Positions 42,832-53,760 of a stretch of DNA of 64,000 nucleotides are shown piece by piece. The position numbers were made by a program, and so were the translations under genes. This DNA comes from Synechococcales cyanobacterium VAR_4_metabat_354 (GTDB taxonomy: Bacteria; Cyanobacteriota; Cyanobacteriia; Cyanobacteriales; Chamaesiphonaceae). Where the stretch lies: assembly GCA_031414775.1 (NCBI GenBank), contig JANOQI010000026.1, positions 1 through 64,000 of the forward strand, written 5' to 3'. The notes beneath the pieces were generated by a model. The model was not told the origin of the DNA, did not search any database, and saw only the letters and a program-made list of their open reading frames with translations. How positions within the stretch are numbered: the stretch's first letter is position 1; the number at the start of each line of letters is the position of its first letter.

Positions 42832-43136
42832 TTTTACTCTGCTCCGTTATTGCTTGGGGTTTGACAGTAAGTGGTTTTTTGACAATTTGCTATAACTGGC
42901 GAGCTGGGATTAAGCATCTTTATCAACTTCACCGAGTGCCTTGTAGTAAATGCCAATATTTCACAAATAGCTGCTATCTCAAATGCACAGTTAGTCCTCA
43001 TCTGGCTTGCACAGAACAGGCGATTGGTTGTCGAGATTTTACCTCCATCACTTCTTTACAACAATCTTCTACTTCTAAGCCAACAAAATCTTCTCGATTC
43101 AAGTACAACCTAGGTGATTGTCATGAAAACCAATAA
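42828..43136 (+). CDS. small Cys-rich membrane-anchored protein
   Basis: N-terminal TM segment, PCSKCQYFT..YLKCTV.P..A.TEQAIGCRDF; ATGA overlap with isiC. Confidence 0.75.
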   Translation: MILLCSVIAWGLTVSGFLTICYNWRAGIKHLYQLHRVPCSKCQYFTNSCYLKCTVSPHLACTEQAIGCRDFTSITSLQQSSTSKPTKSSRFKYNLGDCHENQ

Positions 43137-43314
43137 TCGACGCTGCCAGTATATTTCTGCACATCAAGTCAATCGAGTAACTATGATTATTACAGAACAG
43201 TGGGAAGAAGTTATGTCAATAGTCCAAAGAAGAGCTGATAAGCACAATTATGAACAACGTATTCTGATGCGCCAGAATATTCAGAGACACCATCTCCAGA
43301 GAGATGCTGCCTAA
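43123..43314 (+). CDS. small hypothetical protein (63 aa, QWEEV motif)
   Basis: AGGTG RBS; similar to ORF 28896-29105. Confidence 0.65.
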   Translation: MKTNNRRCQYISAHQVNRVTMIITEQWEEVMSIVQRRADKHNYEQRILMRQNIQRHHLQRDAA

Positions 43315-43375
43315 GCATGATATGAATTCATGAATCTTGGTAGCTGTCATGTAAATTACAGAAATAGCTCAAATA

Positions 43376-44209
43376 TCAGCTTGTTTTTCTTTCGATCACA
43401 TGGGTAGAACTAATCCATTCACCTTTTTCACTGTAACTACGTATTAATCGTTGGCGTTCATCATCTGCAACGAGCCATCCAGCTTCGACGAAAAATGTTT
43501 CATGGCGCTGGATTTGCAAGGGCAGATTGCTCGACCCGCCATCAGGTAATAGTAGAATTTCTCGCGGATTTTTTCCATCTTCGTAGCAGAGCTTGCTCCC
43601 CTCAATTTTGGCTGTTATAGAAATTGTCTGATTTCTCCAAGATAGTTTTTGCTCTAAGCGATCACCATCAATCCGGCTAACTTCTAAGTTGGTATTATAG
43701 TGATCAGGGTTCCGCAAATCGGCATAAGCCGTCACCGCCTGACCTTCCCACTTGCCTACTAGTTGATCTACTGTTAATGGCGGCCGTTCCGCAGCATCAG
43801 TCCCACTCCGAAATTCTCGAATTAACACCAAATTGATGAAATTGTGTTCGGTATCAAATAACTGTACGCAGCGCCAGCGACGATTCTTACTCACAAAGCC
43901 ATATTCTGCCCCGAATTCTGAAAATGGTGCCAGCTGAATGGTACCCTTGGAAAAAGCCCCGGTATCGAAAAAGACGTTTTGCTTGCCGATCGATCGATAC
44001 TCTTGCTCATGGTCTGAAATTGGGGCTGAGTCGTAACCGTTGGTTCCATAGCGCCGAATCCGAAAGCGCACCAGTTGGTTATCTTCTGATCCTGTTAAGC
44101 TTAAGATTGAAGGGGTAGAACTGCCCAGTTCGCCAGTCGAGGAGACTTCGGTAAACGATCCCGACCATTCCCCCAGATTTTCGAGAAAGTTGTCCCAGTT
44201 GCTGTTCAT
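43376..44209 (-). CDS. DUF3598 family protein
   Basis: WDNFLENLGEWSGSFT, GAFSKG, FFVEAGWL, RQRLIRSY. Confidence 0.8.
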   Translation of the reverse strand: MNSNWDNFLENLGEWSGSFTEVSSTGELGSSTPSILSLTGSEDNQLVRFRIRRYGTNGYDSAPISDHEQEYRSIGKQNVFFDTGAFSKGTIQLAPFSEFGAEYGFVSKNRRWRCVQLFDTEHNFINLVLIREFRSGTDAAERPPLTVDQLVGKWEGQAVTAYADLRNPDHYNTNLEVSRIDGDRLEQKLSWRNQTISITAKIEGSKLCYEDGKNPREILLLPDGGSSNLPLQIQRHETFFVEAGWLVADDERQRLIRSYSEKGEWISSTHVIERKTS

Positions 44210-44338
44210 AATTGCTCATAGAGTGCTCAGTCTAGAATATAACAGTCTCGATCGATGAGAAGAGCAGCACCAGGTAATATCAACCGAAATCAACAGTTAG
44301 TGCCAAAATAGTAAAGCCGACCTTTAAATTTTGCACTA

Positions 44339-45688
44339 ATGTCCACTAGCTCTCGCCGCTATCACATCACCACCTTCGGCTGTCAGATGAACAAAGCCGA
44401 CTCCGAACGGATGGGGGGCATCCTGGAATCGATGGGATTCCTATGGTCGGAAGATCCTTTTGCCGCTGATTTGGTGGTGTACAATACCTGCACCATTCGG
44501 GACAGTGCTGAACAAAAAGTATATTCCTACCTGGGCAGACAGGTGGAACGCAAACACGAAGACCCTAGTTTGACGTTGGTGGTGGCCGGTTGTCTGGCGC
44601 AACAAGAAGGTGAAGCCTTACTGTGGCGGGTGCCCGAGCTGGATTTAGTGATGGGTCCCCAACATGCCAACCGGATCGACGAGCTACTCCATCAAGTTTT
44701 TAGTGGTCAGCAGGTGTTGGCTACCGAGCAAATTCATATTATCGAAGATATCACTAAGCCGCGCCGCGATAGTGCTGTTGCGGCTTGGGTGAATATCATC
44801 TATGGTTGTAACGAACGGTGCACTTATTGTGTGGTGCCCTCAGTGCGGGGCGTGGAGCAATCTCGTATCCCAGAAGCCATTCGATCGGAGATGATTGATT
44901 TAGGCACACAGGGTTATAAAGAAATTACTCTACTTGGTCAGAATATCGATGCCTACGGTCGGGACCTACCTGGTTCCAAGCCCGATGGTCAAAATTTACA
45001 TACCCTCACTGACTTACTCTATTTTGTCCATGATGCCCCAGGGATCGATCGATTAAGATTTGCTACTAGTCATCCCCGCTATTTTACCGATCGACTCATC
45101 AAAGCCTGTGCCGAGTTGCCCAAGGTTTGTGAGCATTTCCATATTCCCATTCAGTCCGGCAACAACGATATTTTGCAAGCGATGGCGCGGGGTTATACCC
45201 ACCAGAAGTATCGGCGGATTATCAATAATATCCGCGAACTACTGCCCGATGCCTCGATTAGTACTGATATTATTGTGGCTTTCCCGGGCGAGACCGATGA
45301 GCAGTTTGCGGATACGTTGCGGTTGGTGTCAGATATTGGCTTTGATATGGTAAACACGGCAGCTTATTCGCCCCGACCAGGTACACCAGCGGCGCTGTGG
45401 GATAACCAATTGAGCGAAGAAGTGAAAGTTGACAGGCTAAAGCAAATTAATCAACTGGGGCGGCGGCAGGCCGAAGACAGGTCTCAGCGTTATTTGGGTA
45501 GAACTGAGGAAATTCTAGTAGAAGCCCAGAATCCGAAGAATCCGACACAGGTATTGGGGCGCACGCGAGGTAATCGTCTGACGTTTTTCGCTGGGGATAT
45601 TAGTGAGTTGCAGGGAAAAACTGTAGCAGTGAAAATCACTGAGGTGCGGCCTTTTAGTCTGACTGGAGAACTAGTAAATTTCGGTTAG
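44339..45688 (+). CDS. miaB: tRNA methylthiotransferase MiaB
   Basis: [22 protein letters not shown] domain. Confidence 0.95.
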   Translation: MSTSSRRYHITTFGCQMNKADSERMGGILESMGFLWSEDPFAADLVVYNTCTIRDSAEQKVYSYLGRQVERKHEDPSLTLVVAGCLAQQEGEALLWRVPELDLVMGPQHANRIDELLHQVFSGQQVLATEQIHIIEDITKPRRDSAVAAWVNIIYGCNERCTYCVVPSVRGVEQSRIPEAIRSEMIDLGTQGYKEITLLGQNIDAYGRDLPGSKPDGQNLHTLTDLLYFVHDAPGIDRLRFATSHPRYFTDRLIKACAELPKVCEHFHIPIQSGNNDILQAMARGYTHQKYRRIINNIRELLPDASISTDIIVAFPGETDEQFADTLRLVSDIGFDMVNTAAYSPRPGTPAALWDNQLSEEVKVDRLKQINQLGRRQAEDRSQRYLGRTEEILVEAQNPKNPTQVLGRTRGNRLTFFAGDISELQGKTVAVKITEVRPFSLTGELVNFG

Positions 45689-45771
45689 ATTTATCAGGAT
45701 TAGAGTTCGATCGCGTTGCTATCAATGAAAAGAGTCAATGACATAGACGTGGTTCTGCGCCTAATGGAGTT

Positions 45772-46882
45772 TTAGACCAGTTGGCTATCCTGACGCAGAT
45801 AAGCTTCGATGAAACTATCCAAATCACCATCCATCACATCACTAACTGCACTGGTTTCCACACTGGTGCGTAAATCTTTCACCATCTGATACGGCTGAAA
45901 AACATAGTTGCGAATCTGGGTGCCCCAGGCTGCTTCCACTATATCGCCCCGAATCTCGGCGATTTCCTTGGCCTTCTGTTCCTGCGCCACAATCAGCAAC
46001 TTGGCCTTCAAAATTACCAGCGCTTTCTCCTTATTCTGGAGCTGGCTGCGCTCTTGAGTACAACGCACCGCAATCCCAGTGGGTTTATGGACAATCCGCA
46101 CCGCCGTTTCTACTTTGTTAACGTTCTGGCCACCCTTGCCGCCCGCTCTAGTCGTGGTGATTTCCAGATCAGTATCTGGGATATCTAGACGCACGGTGTT
46201 GTCAATTAATGGCATCACTTCGACACCAGCAAAGCTAGTTTGGCGCTTATCATTGGCATTAAAGGGCGATATCCGGACCAGCCGGTGAGTACCTTTTTCG
46301 CTTTTTAAGTAGCCATAGGCATAACGACCAATAATCTCGATCGTCACCGACTTTAAGCCAGCCTCTTCGCCCTCTGAGATTTCATCGATCTGTACTTTGT
46401 ATTTATGCTGTTCTGCCCACCGCGTATACATCCGCAACAACATTTCTGCCCAATCCTGAGCGTCTGTACCCCCGGCACCAGCGTTGATTGTTAGTACCGC
46501 GCCTTTAGAATCATAAATCCCCGATAACAGCCGTTCTAGTTCCCAGCGATCGAGTTCTACTTTCAGGGTATTAAGACTCTGCTGGGCTTCGGTAAACAAC
46601 GCCGCATCTTCTTCTAACTCCAACATTTCCAGGGCTGCCGCCGCATCGGCCAGACTGCTTTGCCAACTGTGCAGCTGCTGCAAGTTAGATTTCAGATCAT
46701 CAAGCTGCTGTAACGTGGTTTGAGCGGTTTCGCGGTTGTCCCAAAAATCGGCCTGAGCAGCAACCTGCTCCAAGTCTTGAATTTTGGCAGTGAGATTGGG
46801 TAGGTCAAAGATAGTCTTGAGTTTTACCCAAGCGATCGCCTAATGTGCCGATGTCTCTTTTGAGATCTACTAAATCGATCAT
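45772..46882 (-). CDS. prfB: peptide chain release factor 2 with programmed +1 frameshift
   Basis: SPF and GGQ motifs; ATG at 46882, then ...TAT CTT TGA C CTA at 46804-46810. Confidence 0.95.
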
Positions 46883-46886
46883 GTCC

Positions 46887-47189
46887 TTATAAGTTCCGGG
46901 CAAATTCCTGCAGAATGTCTAGCAATCTGGCCTGACAGGCAACTGGCAACAATTCCGCTAAAGGCAATTCTTTGCGACCACCGCCCAAGGGCACAATTAC
47001 TTGCGCCAGGATTTCGTTTACTTTGTCGCCAGTAATATTCCCTGCCGACAGAGCTGGATAAGCTTTTTCAGCCAACACGGTATGTAGTTTGGCTTCTTTT
47101 AGGTAGAGATGCCATTTAGCCACATCAATATAGATTTTGTCGCCAATTTCACTGGCTAGCTCTTCGATTTGTTCGCTGTTATTAGCCAT
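46887..47189 (-). CDS. DUF3181 family protein
   Basis: IGDKIYIDVAKWHLYL, V.LGGG. Confidence 0.8.
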   Translation of the reverse strand: MANNSEQIEELASEIGDKIYIDVAKWHLYLKEAKLHTVLAEKAYPALSAGNITGDKVNEILAQVIVPLGGGRKELPLAELLPVACQARLLDILQEFARNL

Positions 47190-47433
47190 TAGATTTCTCC
47201 GAATAATCTGCAATTACAAAAACATAAAGGGCGTGAAGCAAAATTACCGCTCCCCAAACACCAGCGATCTTGATTGGCCAGTCCCAATCAGCGTGGAGCA
47301 AAATCTTCAGAAACCACAGGGTAGAGTTGATAGCAGAAAAGGTTAGCACATGCACCGCAAAGTTCATGCGATCATCTACTTTACGGTATTCCAGATCCTT
47401 TCGATCGGGTGGACGCGGCCAACTGCGAAGCAT
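47182..47433 (-). CDS. 2TM domain protein
   Basis: WPRPPDRKD..YR..DDRMNFAVHV; two TM segments. Confidence 0.75.
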   Translation of the reverse strand: MLRSWPRPPDRKDLEYRKVDDRMNFAVHVLTFSAINSTLWFLKILLHADWDWPIKIAGVWGAVILLHALYVFVIADYSEKSNG

Positions 47434-47441
47434 GATTAATT

Positions 47442-48188
47442 ATGATGAACATCAATAGTCACAATATAACACCGCGAGTTACAGGGAGACTAATTCCCCA
47501 TCTGTCTGCGCCGGGTGACGTGCAAATGAAAATCGATCAGTGGTTGCTGCAAGAATACGTGGCGGGTCGAATGCCGCCGACACTGCGGTTTTATGATTGG
47601 TCGCCAGTGGCTATTTCTCTGGGTTATCATCAGCGCCGCTACCCAGTGGTTTGGGAAAGTTTAAGCTGGCAAGGGCAACCTGTCGAGCTAGTGCGGCGAC
47701 CCACGGGCGGCCGAGCCGTGCTGCACCAGGGTGATTTGACCTACAGCATCATCACCAGTGGCCAGGGAAAAAGACTGGCAATTTACCAGCGGCTCTGCGA
47801 GTTTTTAATATTGGGTTGGCGACGACTGGGGCTAGATTTGAGCTATGGCCACCAGGGCAAAGAGTACCGCGATCAGCCGGATTGCTTTGCAACCGCCACC
47901 GGCGCGGATCTGGTGTTGGCTAATGGTTATAAGTTGATCGGTAGTGCTCAACTAATTAGGGATGGAGCAGTGTTACAGCACGGCTCCATGCGCTTACAGC
48001 CCGATGAAGAGTTATTTGAGTTGGTGTTTGGCACCAAGGCACCAATTGCTCCACCGTCATTTAAAGAATATGAGCGGGATGCGATCATTCGTGTTTTAGT
48101 GCAGGCGGCAACGGATTGTTGGGAGATTAATTGGCAGCTAGAACCCTTGACAGCAGCAGAAATGGCGATCATTTTCAGCTGCGATTAG
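47442..48188 (+). CDS. lipoate-protein ligase A family protein
   Basis: RRPTGGRAVLH, KLIGSAQ, LQHGS. Confidence 0.88.
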   Translation: MMNINSHNITPRVTGRLIPHLSAPGDVQMKIDQWLLQEYVAGRMPPTLRFYDWSPVAISLGYHQRRYPVVWESLSWQGQPVELVRRPTGGRAVLHQGDLTYSIITSGQGKRLAIYQRLCEFLILGWRRLGLDLSYGHQGKEYRDQPDCFATATGADLVLANGYKLIGSAQLIRDGAVLQHGSMRLQPDEELFELVFGTKAPIAPPSFKEYERDAIIRVLVQAATDCWEINWQLEPLTAAEMAIIFSCD

Positions 48189-48199
48189 ATGTAGTTCAA

Positions 48200-48436
48200 T
48201 TAGTCAGTTTTGTCTTCAGTGTTGTTGATCGCCACTGGTTTATCGGCCACCACAGTTTCAGCAGCATCAATTTCTTTCTTGATTTCGTTCTGAAAACTGC
48301 TAGAAGCATCTTGGAAGCTTTTCATCGCTTTACCCATACTGCGCCCAATTTCTGGCAGCTTTTTGGGGCCAAAAATCAAGAGAGCGATCGCGAAGATCAC
48401 GGCCATTTCTGGTAAACCAATCCCAAAGAAGTTCAT
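48200..48436 (-). CDS. tatA: Tat translocase TatA/E
   Basis: FGPKKLPEIGRS.G. Confidence 0.92.
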   Translation of the reverse strand: MNFFGIGLPEMAVIFAIALLIFGPKKLPEIGRSMGKAMKSFQDASSSFQNEIKKEIDAAETVVADKPVAINNTEDKTD

Positions 48437-48557
48437 AATTATTGCTCAGCTTTAACAGGTCGATAGTTAAGGCTATTATACGATCGACTGGAATGATTGG
48501 TGCTTCCCCAGACTTGGTAGAATTCAAGAAACAGCGCCCCGTAAGCATCCAAAGAAC

Positions 48558-49208
48558 ATGAGCGAAGACGTCAAAGCCGAAGTGCCAATTATTATTCCCC
48601 AGCTAATTGTCGGCTTGGGCAACCCGGGCAGCAAATATGCCCAAACTCGCCATAATGTGGGCTTCGAGGCGATCGATTACCTAGCCAAACGCTGGCAAAT
48701 TACCCTCAGCGACCAAAAAAGATTTCAAGGCATTGCTGGCGAAGGTCTCAGTGGCACACAGAAAATTCGGCTGCTCAAGCCCCAAACTTTCATGAATCTC
48801 TCCGGTCAGTCGGTGCGTGCCGTATTGGATTGGTATAAACTTGACCCCACCCAAGTGCTGGTAATTTACGATGATTTAGATTTGCCCTTAGGCAAATTGC
48901 GGATGCGCCTGGCTGGTTCGGCTGGTGGTCACAACGGCATGAAATCAATTATTAGCCATCTGGGTACTCAAGCTTTTCCCCGACTGCGGCTAGGCATTGG
49001 GAAGAGCCAGGATGAAACTATTGGACATGTGTTGGGTAAGTTTGCGATCGCCGAAGCTCCCATCGTCCGCGAAGTGTTGGAACTAAGTAGTGATGCAGTC
49101 CAACTGGCAATGCGTCAAGGTGTCGAAAAATCAATGAGTCTGTATAACAGCAGATTTGTGGAAGTTCCGGCTACTATTGACCGAAGTGCTAGTCGTTCCA
49201 GTTCCTAG
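48558..49208 (+). CDS. pth: peptidyl-tRNA hydrolase
   Basis: GLGNPG..Y..TRHNVGF, GGHNG. Confidence 0.95.
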   Translation: MSEDVKAEVPIIIPQLIVGLGNPGSKYAQTRHNVGFEAIDYLAKRWQITLSDQKRFQGIAGEGLSGTQKIRLLKPQTFMNLSGQSVRAVLDWYKLDPTQVLVIYDDLDLPLGKLRMRLAGSAGGHNGMKSIISHLGTQAFPRLRLGIGKSQDETIGHVLGKFAIAEAPIVREVLELSSDAVQLAMRQGVEKSMSLYNSRFVEVPATIDRSASRSSS

Positions 49209-49399
49209 CCGAATTGTGGCCAAGCAGTGGCCAATCAATTGATGTTTCACCATAGCTCCAAGATTTAGTAAAATTATCGACGAAGTAAAATAGTTCTTCT
49301 AAACTGAGTAATTAAGACAACCAGGTAGATTGATTAATGAGTACTTTCAGGCTACCTGCCTTGGCTCTTTCCTTCCGTATCCCGAACTAAAGTTAACTA

Positions 49400-50227
49400 G
49401 TGTTTATAGCTGATATACCGCGCTGTCTATGGGCGATTGCCCTTTCTATTTTTTTGTGTTTTAGCGGGCTAAATCCGGCGATCGCGTCTCCCGACTTGTC
49501 TACCACCTATACAACGGCACAGCTTGATCGAGGTGATGACTTACGAACTCAGGCTTTTACAGCCACTAATCGGGGCGATTTTGCTACTGCCGAAGAATAT
49601 TGGACTAAATTGTTGGAGCTATTTCCCGATAATCCAGCAATTTGGAGTAACCGAGGTAATTCACGAGTCAGTCAGCTCAAACTGACCGCTGCCGTGGCTG
49701 ATTTCGATCGATCAATCCAGCTAGCCCCAGAAACCACCGATGCTTACTTGAATCGCGGCGCGGCTTGGGAAGGCTTACAAGAATGGGACAAGGCTATCGC
49801 CGACTATCAACACATTTTGGCCGTGGATAGCAACGACGCGATGGCCTATAACAACTTGGGTAACGCCTATGCCGGTCGTACTGAGTGGGAAAAAGCCAAA
49901 GCCTATTACTTTAAAGCCACAGAATTAGAGCCAGGATTCGCTTTTGCCCGGGCTAATTATGCTCTAGCACTTTATCAGGTCGGTGATCGATCGGAAGCTA
50001 TTCGCCAAATGAAAAATATTGTGCGTAAGTATCGAGATTTTCCGGATGTAAGAGCAGCTTTAACCGCTGCTCTGTGGCAAGACGGTCAACGGGGCGAGGC
50101 CGAGAGCAACTGGATCGCGGTGATTGGCTTAGATAGTCGCTATAAAGACTTAGAGTGGGTAAGAAACCATCGGCGGTGGCCACCGGTAATGGTGTCGGCT
50201 CTCGATGGTTTCTTACACCTGCGCTAG
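49400..50227 (+). CDS. TPR repeat protein
   Basis: Repeated A..NRG.A/N.GNA TPR units; signal peptide. Confidence 0.85.
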   Translation: MFIADIPRCLWAIALSIFLCFSGLNPAIASPDLSTTYTTAQLDRGDDLRTQAFTATNRGDFATAEEYWTKLLELFPDNPAIWSNRGNSRVSQLKLTAAVADFDRSIQLAPETTDAYLNRGAAWEGLQEWDKAIADYQHILAVDSNDAMAYNNLGNAYAGRTEWEKAKAYYFKATELEPGFAFARANYALALYQVGDRSEAIRQMKNIVRKYRDFPDVRAALTAALWQDGQRGEAESNWIAVIGLDSRYKDLEWVRNHRRWPPVMVSALDGFLHLR

Positions 50228-50284
50228 TGCTATAATAATAAATTGTGTTTCCAGCATTTTGGGTATCCGTTCGGAGGTTATTGT

Positions 50285-50584
50285 TTGTCAAAGTTTATTT
50301 TAAAAGTTCTCTGGTTAGATGAGAACATTGCTGTAGCCGTGGATCAAGTTGTGGGCAAAGGACTCAGCCCGCTAACTGCTTACTTCTTTTGGCCACGCGC
50401 TGATGCCTGGGAACAGTTGAAGGCTGAAATGGAAGCTAAGCACTGGATCGCTGAAGTCGATCGCGTGGGTGTTTTGAACCAAGCCACTGAAGTAATTAAT
50501 TACTGGCAAGAAGAAGGCAAGGGTCGCCCTTATGCTGATGCGGTGCTTAAATTTCCAGAAGTTGTCTTTACTGGCAGCAACTAG
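50285..50584 (+). CDS. ycf65: 30S ribosomal protein PSRP-3/Ycf65
   Basis: [37 protein letters not shown] with TTG start. Confidence 0.88.
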   Translation: MSKFILKVLWLDENIAVAVDQVVGKGLSPLTAYFFWPRADAWEQLKAEMEAKHWIAEVDRVGVLNQATEVINYWQEEGKGRPYADAVLKFPEVVFTGSN

Positions 50585-50679
50585 TAGTATTTTTGCTCTT
50601 AAACAAATAGCCGCCCGAGCTTTGCTTTGGGTGGTTGTTTTCGTGTTCAATTTTTTAATGACCAGAAATTTTAATTTAA

Positions 50680-51828
50680 CTACTTTAGCGAGGTATCAGT
50701 AAGGGAAAGTTGCTCGTTGACTATTGCCCAATCACCCAAATGACGACGAGCCGCACTAGTCACTACTCGACCGCGCGGTGTTCTTTGCAAGTAGCCAATC
50801 TGCAATAAATAAGGTTCATAGACTTCTTCGATTGTTTGACGATCTTCCCCCGTCGCGGCGGCAAGGGCTTCTAAACCCACGGGACCGCCGTTAAATTGTT
50901 CGATCGCCGTTTGCAATAATAGTCGATCGATCCAATCCAAGCCGCGTGGATCGACGTGATACAAGGCCAGTGCCTCCGTGGCCAATTCTTCGGTTACTAC
51001 TGGATGTTTTTTGACCTGGACAAAGTCGCGCACCCGCTTCAGCAAACGATTGGCAATCCGGGGCGTGCCGCGCGACCTTCTCGCTACCTCTGCTGCTCCC
51101 CCAGGCGTGATTTCTAATTGCAAAATTGCCGCCGTGCGCAGCACGATTTCCGTTATTTCATCAACCTCATAGAAGCGCAGGCGTTGAATCAGGCCAAACC
51201 GGTCGCGTAGTGGCCCCGTTAGGGAACCAACTTTAGTGGTCGCACCCACCAAGGTGAACTTAGGTAGTGGAATGCTGCGAGTTTTAGCGGTTGCGCCTTT
51301 GCCTACTGTAATATCTAGCCGAAAGTCTTCCATCGCTGGATAAAGCAATTCCTCGGTCATCCGCGATAACCGGTGAATTTCGTCAATAAATAAAATATCC
51401 CCAGGAGCGAGGCTAACTAAAATCCCGACGATATCGCGAGGGCGTTCTAAGGCTGGTGCGGAGGTAATCCGACAATTTACCCCCATCTCCGCCGCCAGAA
51501 TGAGCGAAATAGTGGTTTTCCCCAAACCGGGCGGGCCGTAGAGCAAGACATGATCTAAAGATTCCTGCCGAGCGGTGGCCGCCTGCATGGCGATTTCTAA
51601 TACGCCCTTCAGGTCTTTTTGGCCGATATACTCGTTTAGCCGCTGGGGGCGCAGTCCTTCATCTTTTTCGGTGATTTTCTCGGTGGGCGTAGCTACTTCA
51701 CCTTTTAGCAGGCTGGGATCGGTCTGCTGTTCTTTAGTCTGCTCTGGGGTGGTGGCCGGTGAAGATACTTTCGTACGGCGCGGCGGCGAATCACCAGCAT
51801 CAGATTTTTTGGAAGAGATGATCGCCAT
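50680..51828 (-). CDS. ruvB: Holliday junction helicase RuvB
   Basis: [27 protein letters not shown]. Confidence 0.96.
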   Translation of the reverse strand: MAIISSKKSDAGDSPPRRTKVSSPATTPEQTKEQQTDPSLLKGEVATPTEKITEKDEGLRPQRLNEYIGQKDLKGVLEIAMQAATARQESLDHVLLYGPPGLGKTTISLILAAEMGVNCRITSAPALERPRDIVGILVSLAPGDILFIDEIHRLSRMTEELLYPAMEDFRLDITVGKGATAKTRSIPLPKFTLVGATTKVGSLTGPLRDRFGLIQRLRFYEVDEITEIVLRTAAILQLEITPGGAAEVARRSRGTPRIANRLLKRVRDFVQVKKHPVVTEELATEALALYHVDPRGLDWIDRLLLQTAIEQFNGGPVGLEALAAATGEDRQTIEEVYEPYLLQIGYLQRTPRGRVVTSAARRHLGDWAIVNEQLSLTDTSLK

Positions 51829-51859
51829 AGTAGCTTTGCACCATTGTATTCTCCATATT

Positions 51860-52318
51860 CTAGTCGCTAGCGGGATCTAGTGACGGCAGGCCATCTTTTT
51901 GTTTTAAATAACTCAATAGCCAATTGGCCGCTGTAGCGCGTCTGGTTTCGGTGGGGTCAAATTCGCCAATCTTGTAGCCTTTAAACCCCAAATATTCTTT
52001 GAGCAATTGTTTGTCGGAAGTGGGGATCGATCGAGTGAGTTGGACACTAGCTGGTCGGCCAGCAATAAAATCTGGTGGTTGGGGGTAATCAGCGAGCCAT
52101 TTCGCTGAAACATTGCTAGTATTCCAGGTCTGGGTAGTTTGGTCAAAATGATATCCCAAAGCTTGCCACAGCAATTGATTAACTACCATATCGGCAATTT
52201 CTTGATGGAGAATTGCCCAAATAATTGTATTATCTAAGGCGGGCAGGGTTGACCAAATGATCTGAGAATAATCAACTGGCTGATCGGGATCAAGAGGCAT
52301 AGCAGCTATAAAAATCAT
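51860..52318 (-). CDS. DUF1823 family protein
   Basis: [33 protein letters not shown]. Confidence 0.75.
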   Translation of the reverse strand: MIFIAAMPLDPDQPVDYSQIIWSTLPALDNTIIWAILHQEIADMVVNQLLWQALGYHFDQTTQTWNTSNVSAKWLADYPQPPDFIAGRPASVQLTRSIPTSDKQLLKEYLGFKGYKIGEFDPTETRRATAANWLLSYLKQKDGLPSLDPASD

Positions 52319-52388
52319 TAATAGGTCTAGTCAAATATACATTTGTCCAGCTAGTTATCCTGACCTCCGGCAATCAACATTGAAATAT

Positions 52389-52407
52389 CTTAACCAGCAA
52401 TTAACCT
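52389..52407 (+). promoter_or_regulatory. Pho (SphR) box candidate
   Basis: CTTAACCA-gca-ATTAACCT, an 11-bp-period repeat upstream of pstS. Confidence 0.55.
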
Positions 52408-52469
52408 TTTGCCTTTAATGTGCGGTTAGATACCGAAATAGATATTAACCAAAGCATCCTACAGAACCT

Positions 52470-53552
52470 ATGTCTGTCCAAAAACAAAAATTTACTGCTG
52501 TACTGTTATCGACAGTTCTACTTGCAGCAGCTTTAGGTGTGACGAGTTGTAATAATAGCGCTACCAAAGCCCCAGACTCAGCTGGCGAAAAAACAGCTGC
52601 TGTCCAAGAGTCTCCATCAGGGGATAAGGCTGGTGATAGTGATATTAAAGTTGACGGTTCCAGTACTGTTTTCCCCATTACTGAAGCCGTAGCAGAAGAA
52701 TTCCAAAAGACTAAAGGCGGTAAAATAAAGGTTTCCGTCGGCGTATCGGGTACTGGTGGTGGGTTCAAAAAATTCTGTCGCGGTGAAACCGACTTATCTA
52801 ATGCCTCGCGCCCCATCCTGCAAAAAGAAATTGATGCTTGTAAAGAAAAAGGCATTGAATATCTAGAACTGCCGATCGCCTATGATGCCTTGACCGTCGT
52901 GGTAAACAATAGCAACACTTGGGCAAAAACGCTAACGGTAGCTGAACTTAAAAAAATGTGGGAACCCGAGGCGCAGGGTAAAGTCAAAAACTGGAAAGAA
53001 ATTAGAGCTGATTTCCCTGATGCGCCTCTCAAGCTGTTTGGGGCTGGTAGCAGCTCTGGTACTTTTGACTACTTCACCGAAGCCATCAATGGCAAGGCTA
53101 AAGTTGGTCGCGGCGACTATACCGCCAGTGAAGATGATAATACTTTGGTAAAAGGAGTCGGTGCCGATAAGGGTGCTCTTGGTTACTTTGGCTATTCTTA
53201 CTATGAAGCCAATAAAACCAAACTGAAGGCCGTGGGCATCGATGGTGGCAAAGGAGCTGTGTTACCGGCGATCGAAACTGTCAAGAATGGTACTTACAAT
53301 CCACTTTCCCGTCCGCTGTTTATCTATGTCAATAGCAAGGCATTGGACAAACCAGCTGTAAAAGAATTTGTAGATTACTATATGACTAATGCGGCTAAGT
53401 TCAGTGCGAGTACCAAGTATATTCCTTTGCCTGCAACTGCTTACGCCAAAATTGCTGAAAAAGCTAAAGCCAAGAAATTAGGCACTGTTTTTGGTGGTAA
53501 AGAGGCGGTTGGTCTAAAGATTGAAGAGATTCTCAACAAAGAATCTAAGTAG
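52470..53552 (+). CDS. pstS: phosphate-binding lipoprotein
   Basis: Lipobox, DGSSTVFPI, SGTGGG, SGTFDYF. Confidence 0.93.
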   Translation: MSVQKQKFTAVLLSTVLLAAALGVTSCNNSATKAPDSAGEKTAAVQESPSGDKAGDSDIKVDGSSTVFPITEAVAEEFQKTKGGKIKVSVGVSGTGGGFKKFCRGETDLSNASRPILQKEIDACKEKGIEYLELPIAYDALTVVVNNSNTWAKTLTVAELKKMWEPEAQGKVKNWKEIRADFPDAPLKLFGAGSSSGTFDYFTEAINGKAKVGRGDYTASEDDNTLVKGVGADKGALGYFGYSYYEANKTKLKAVGIDGGKGAVLPAIETVKNGTYNPLSRPLFIYVNSKALDKPAVKEFVDYYMTNAAKFSASTKYIPLPATAYAKIAEKAKAKKLGTVFGGKEAVGLKIEEILNKESK

Positions 53553-53760
53553 TTTACCAAAAATTAAAGAACAGGCTGTATGTTTACGGATATCATCTGC
53601 TGTAACTCATAACATCTCCTTTGGCAACTGTGGATTAACATACTAGTTATTTACAGTTATCAAGATTGATTTTATTCTATGAATTACAAAGCTGAATGTC
53701 GTAGACTACAGCTTGATTGTTTAAGTCCTCGATTCTTATTAATTTGCTCGGCAATTCTCT

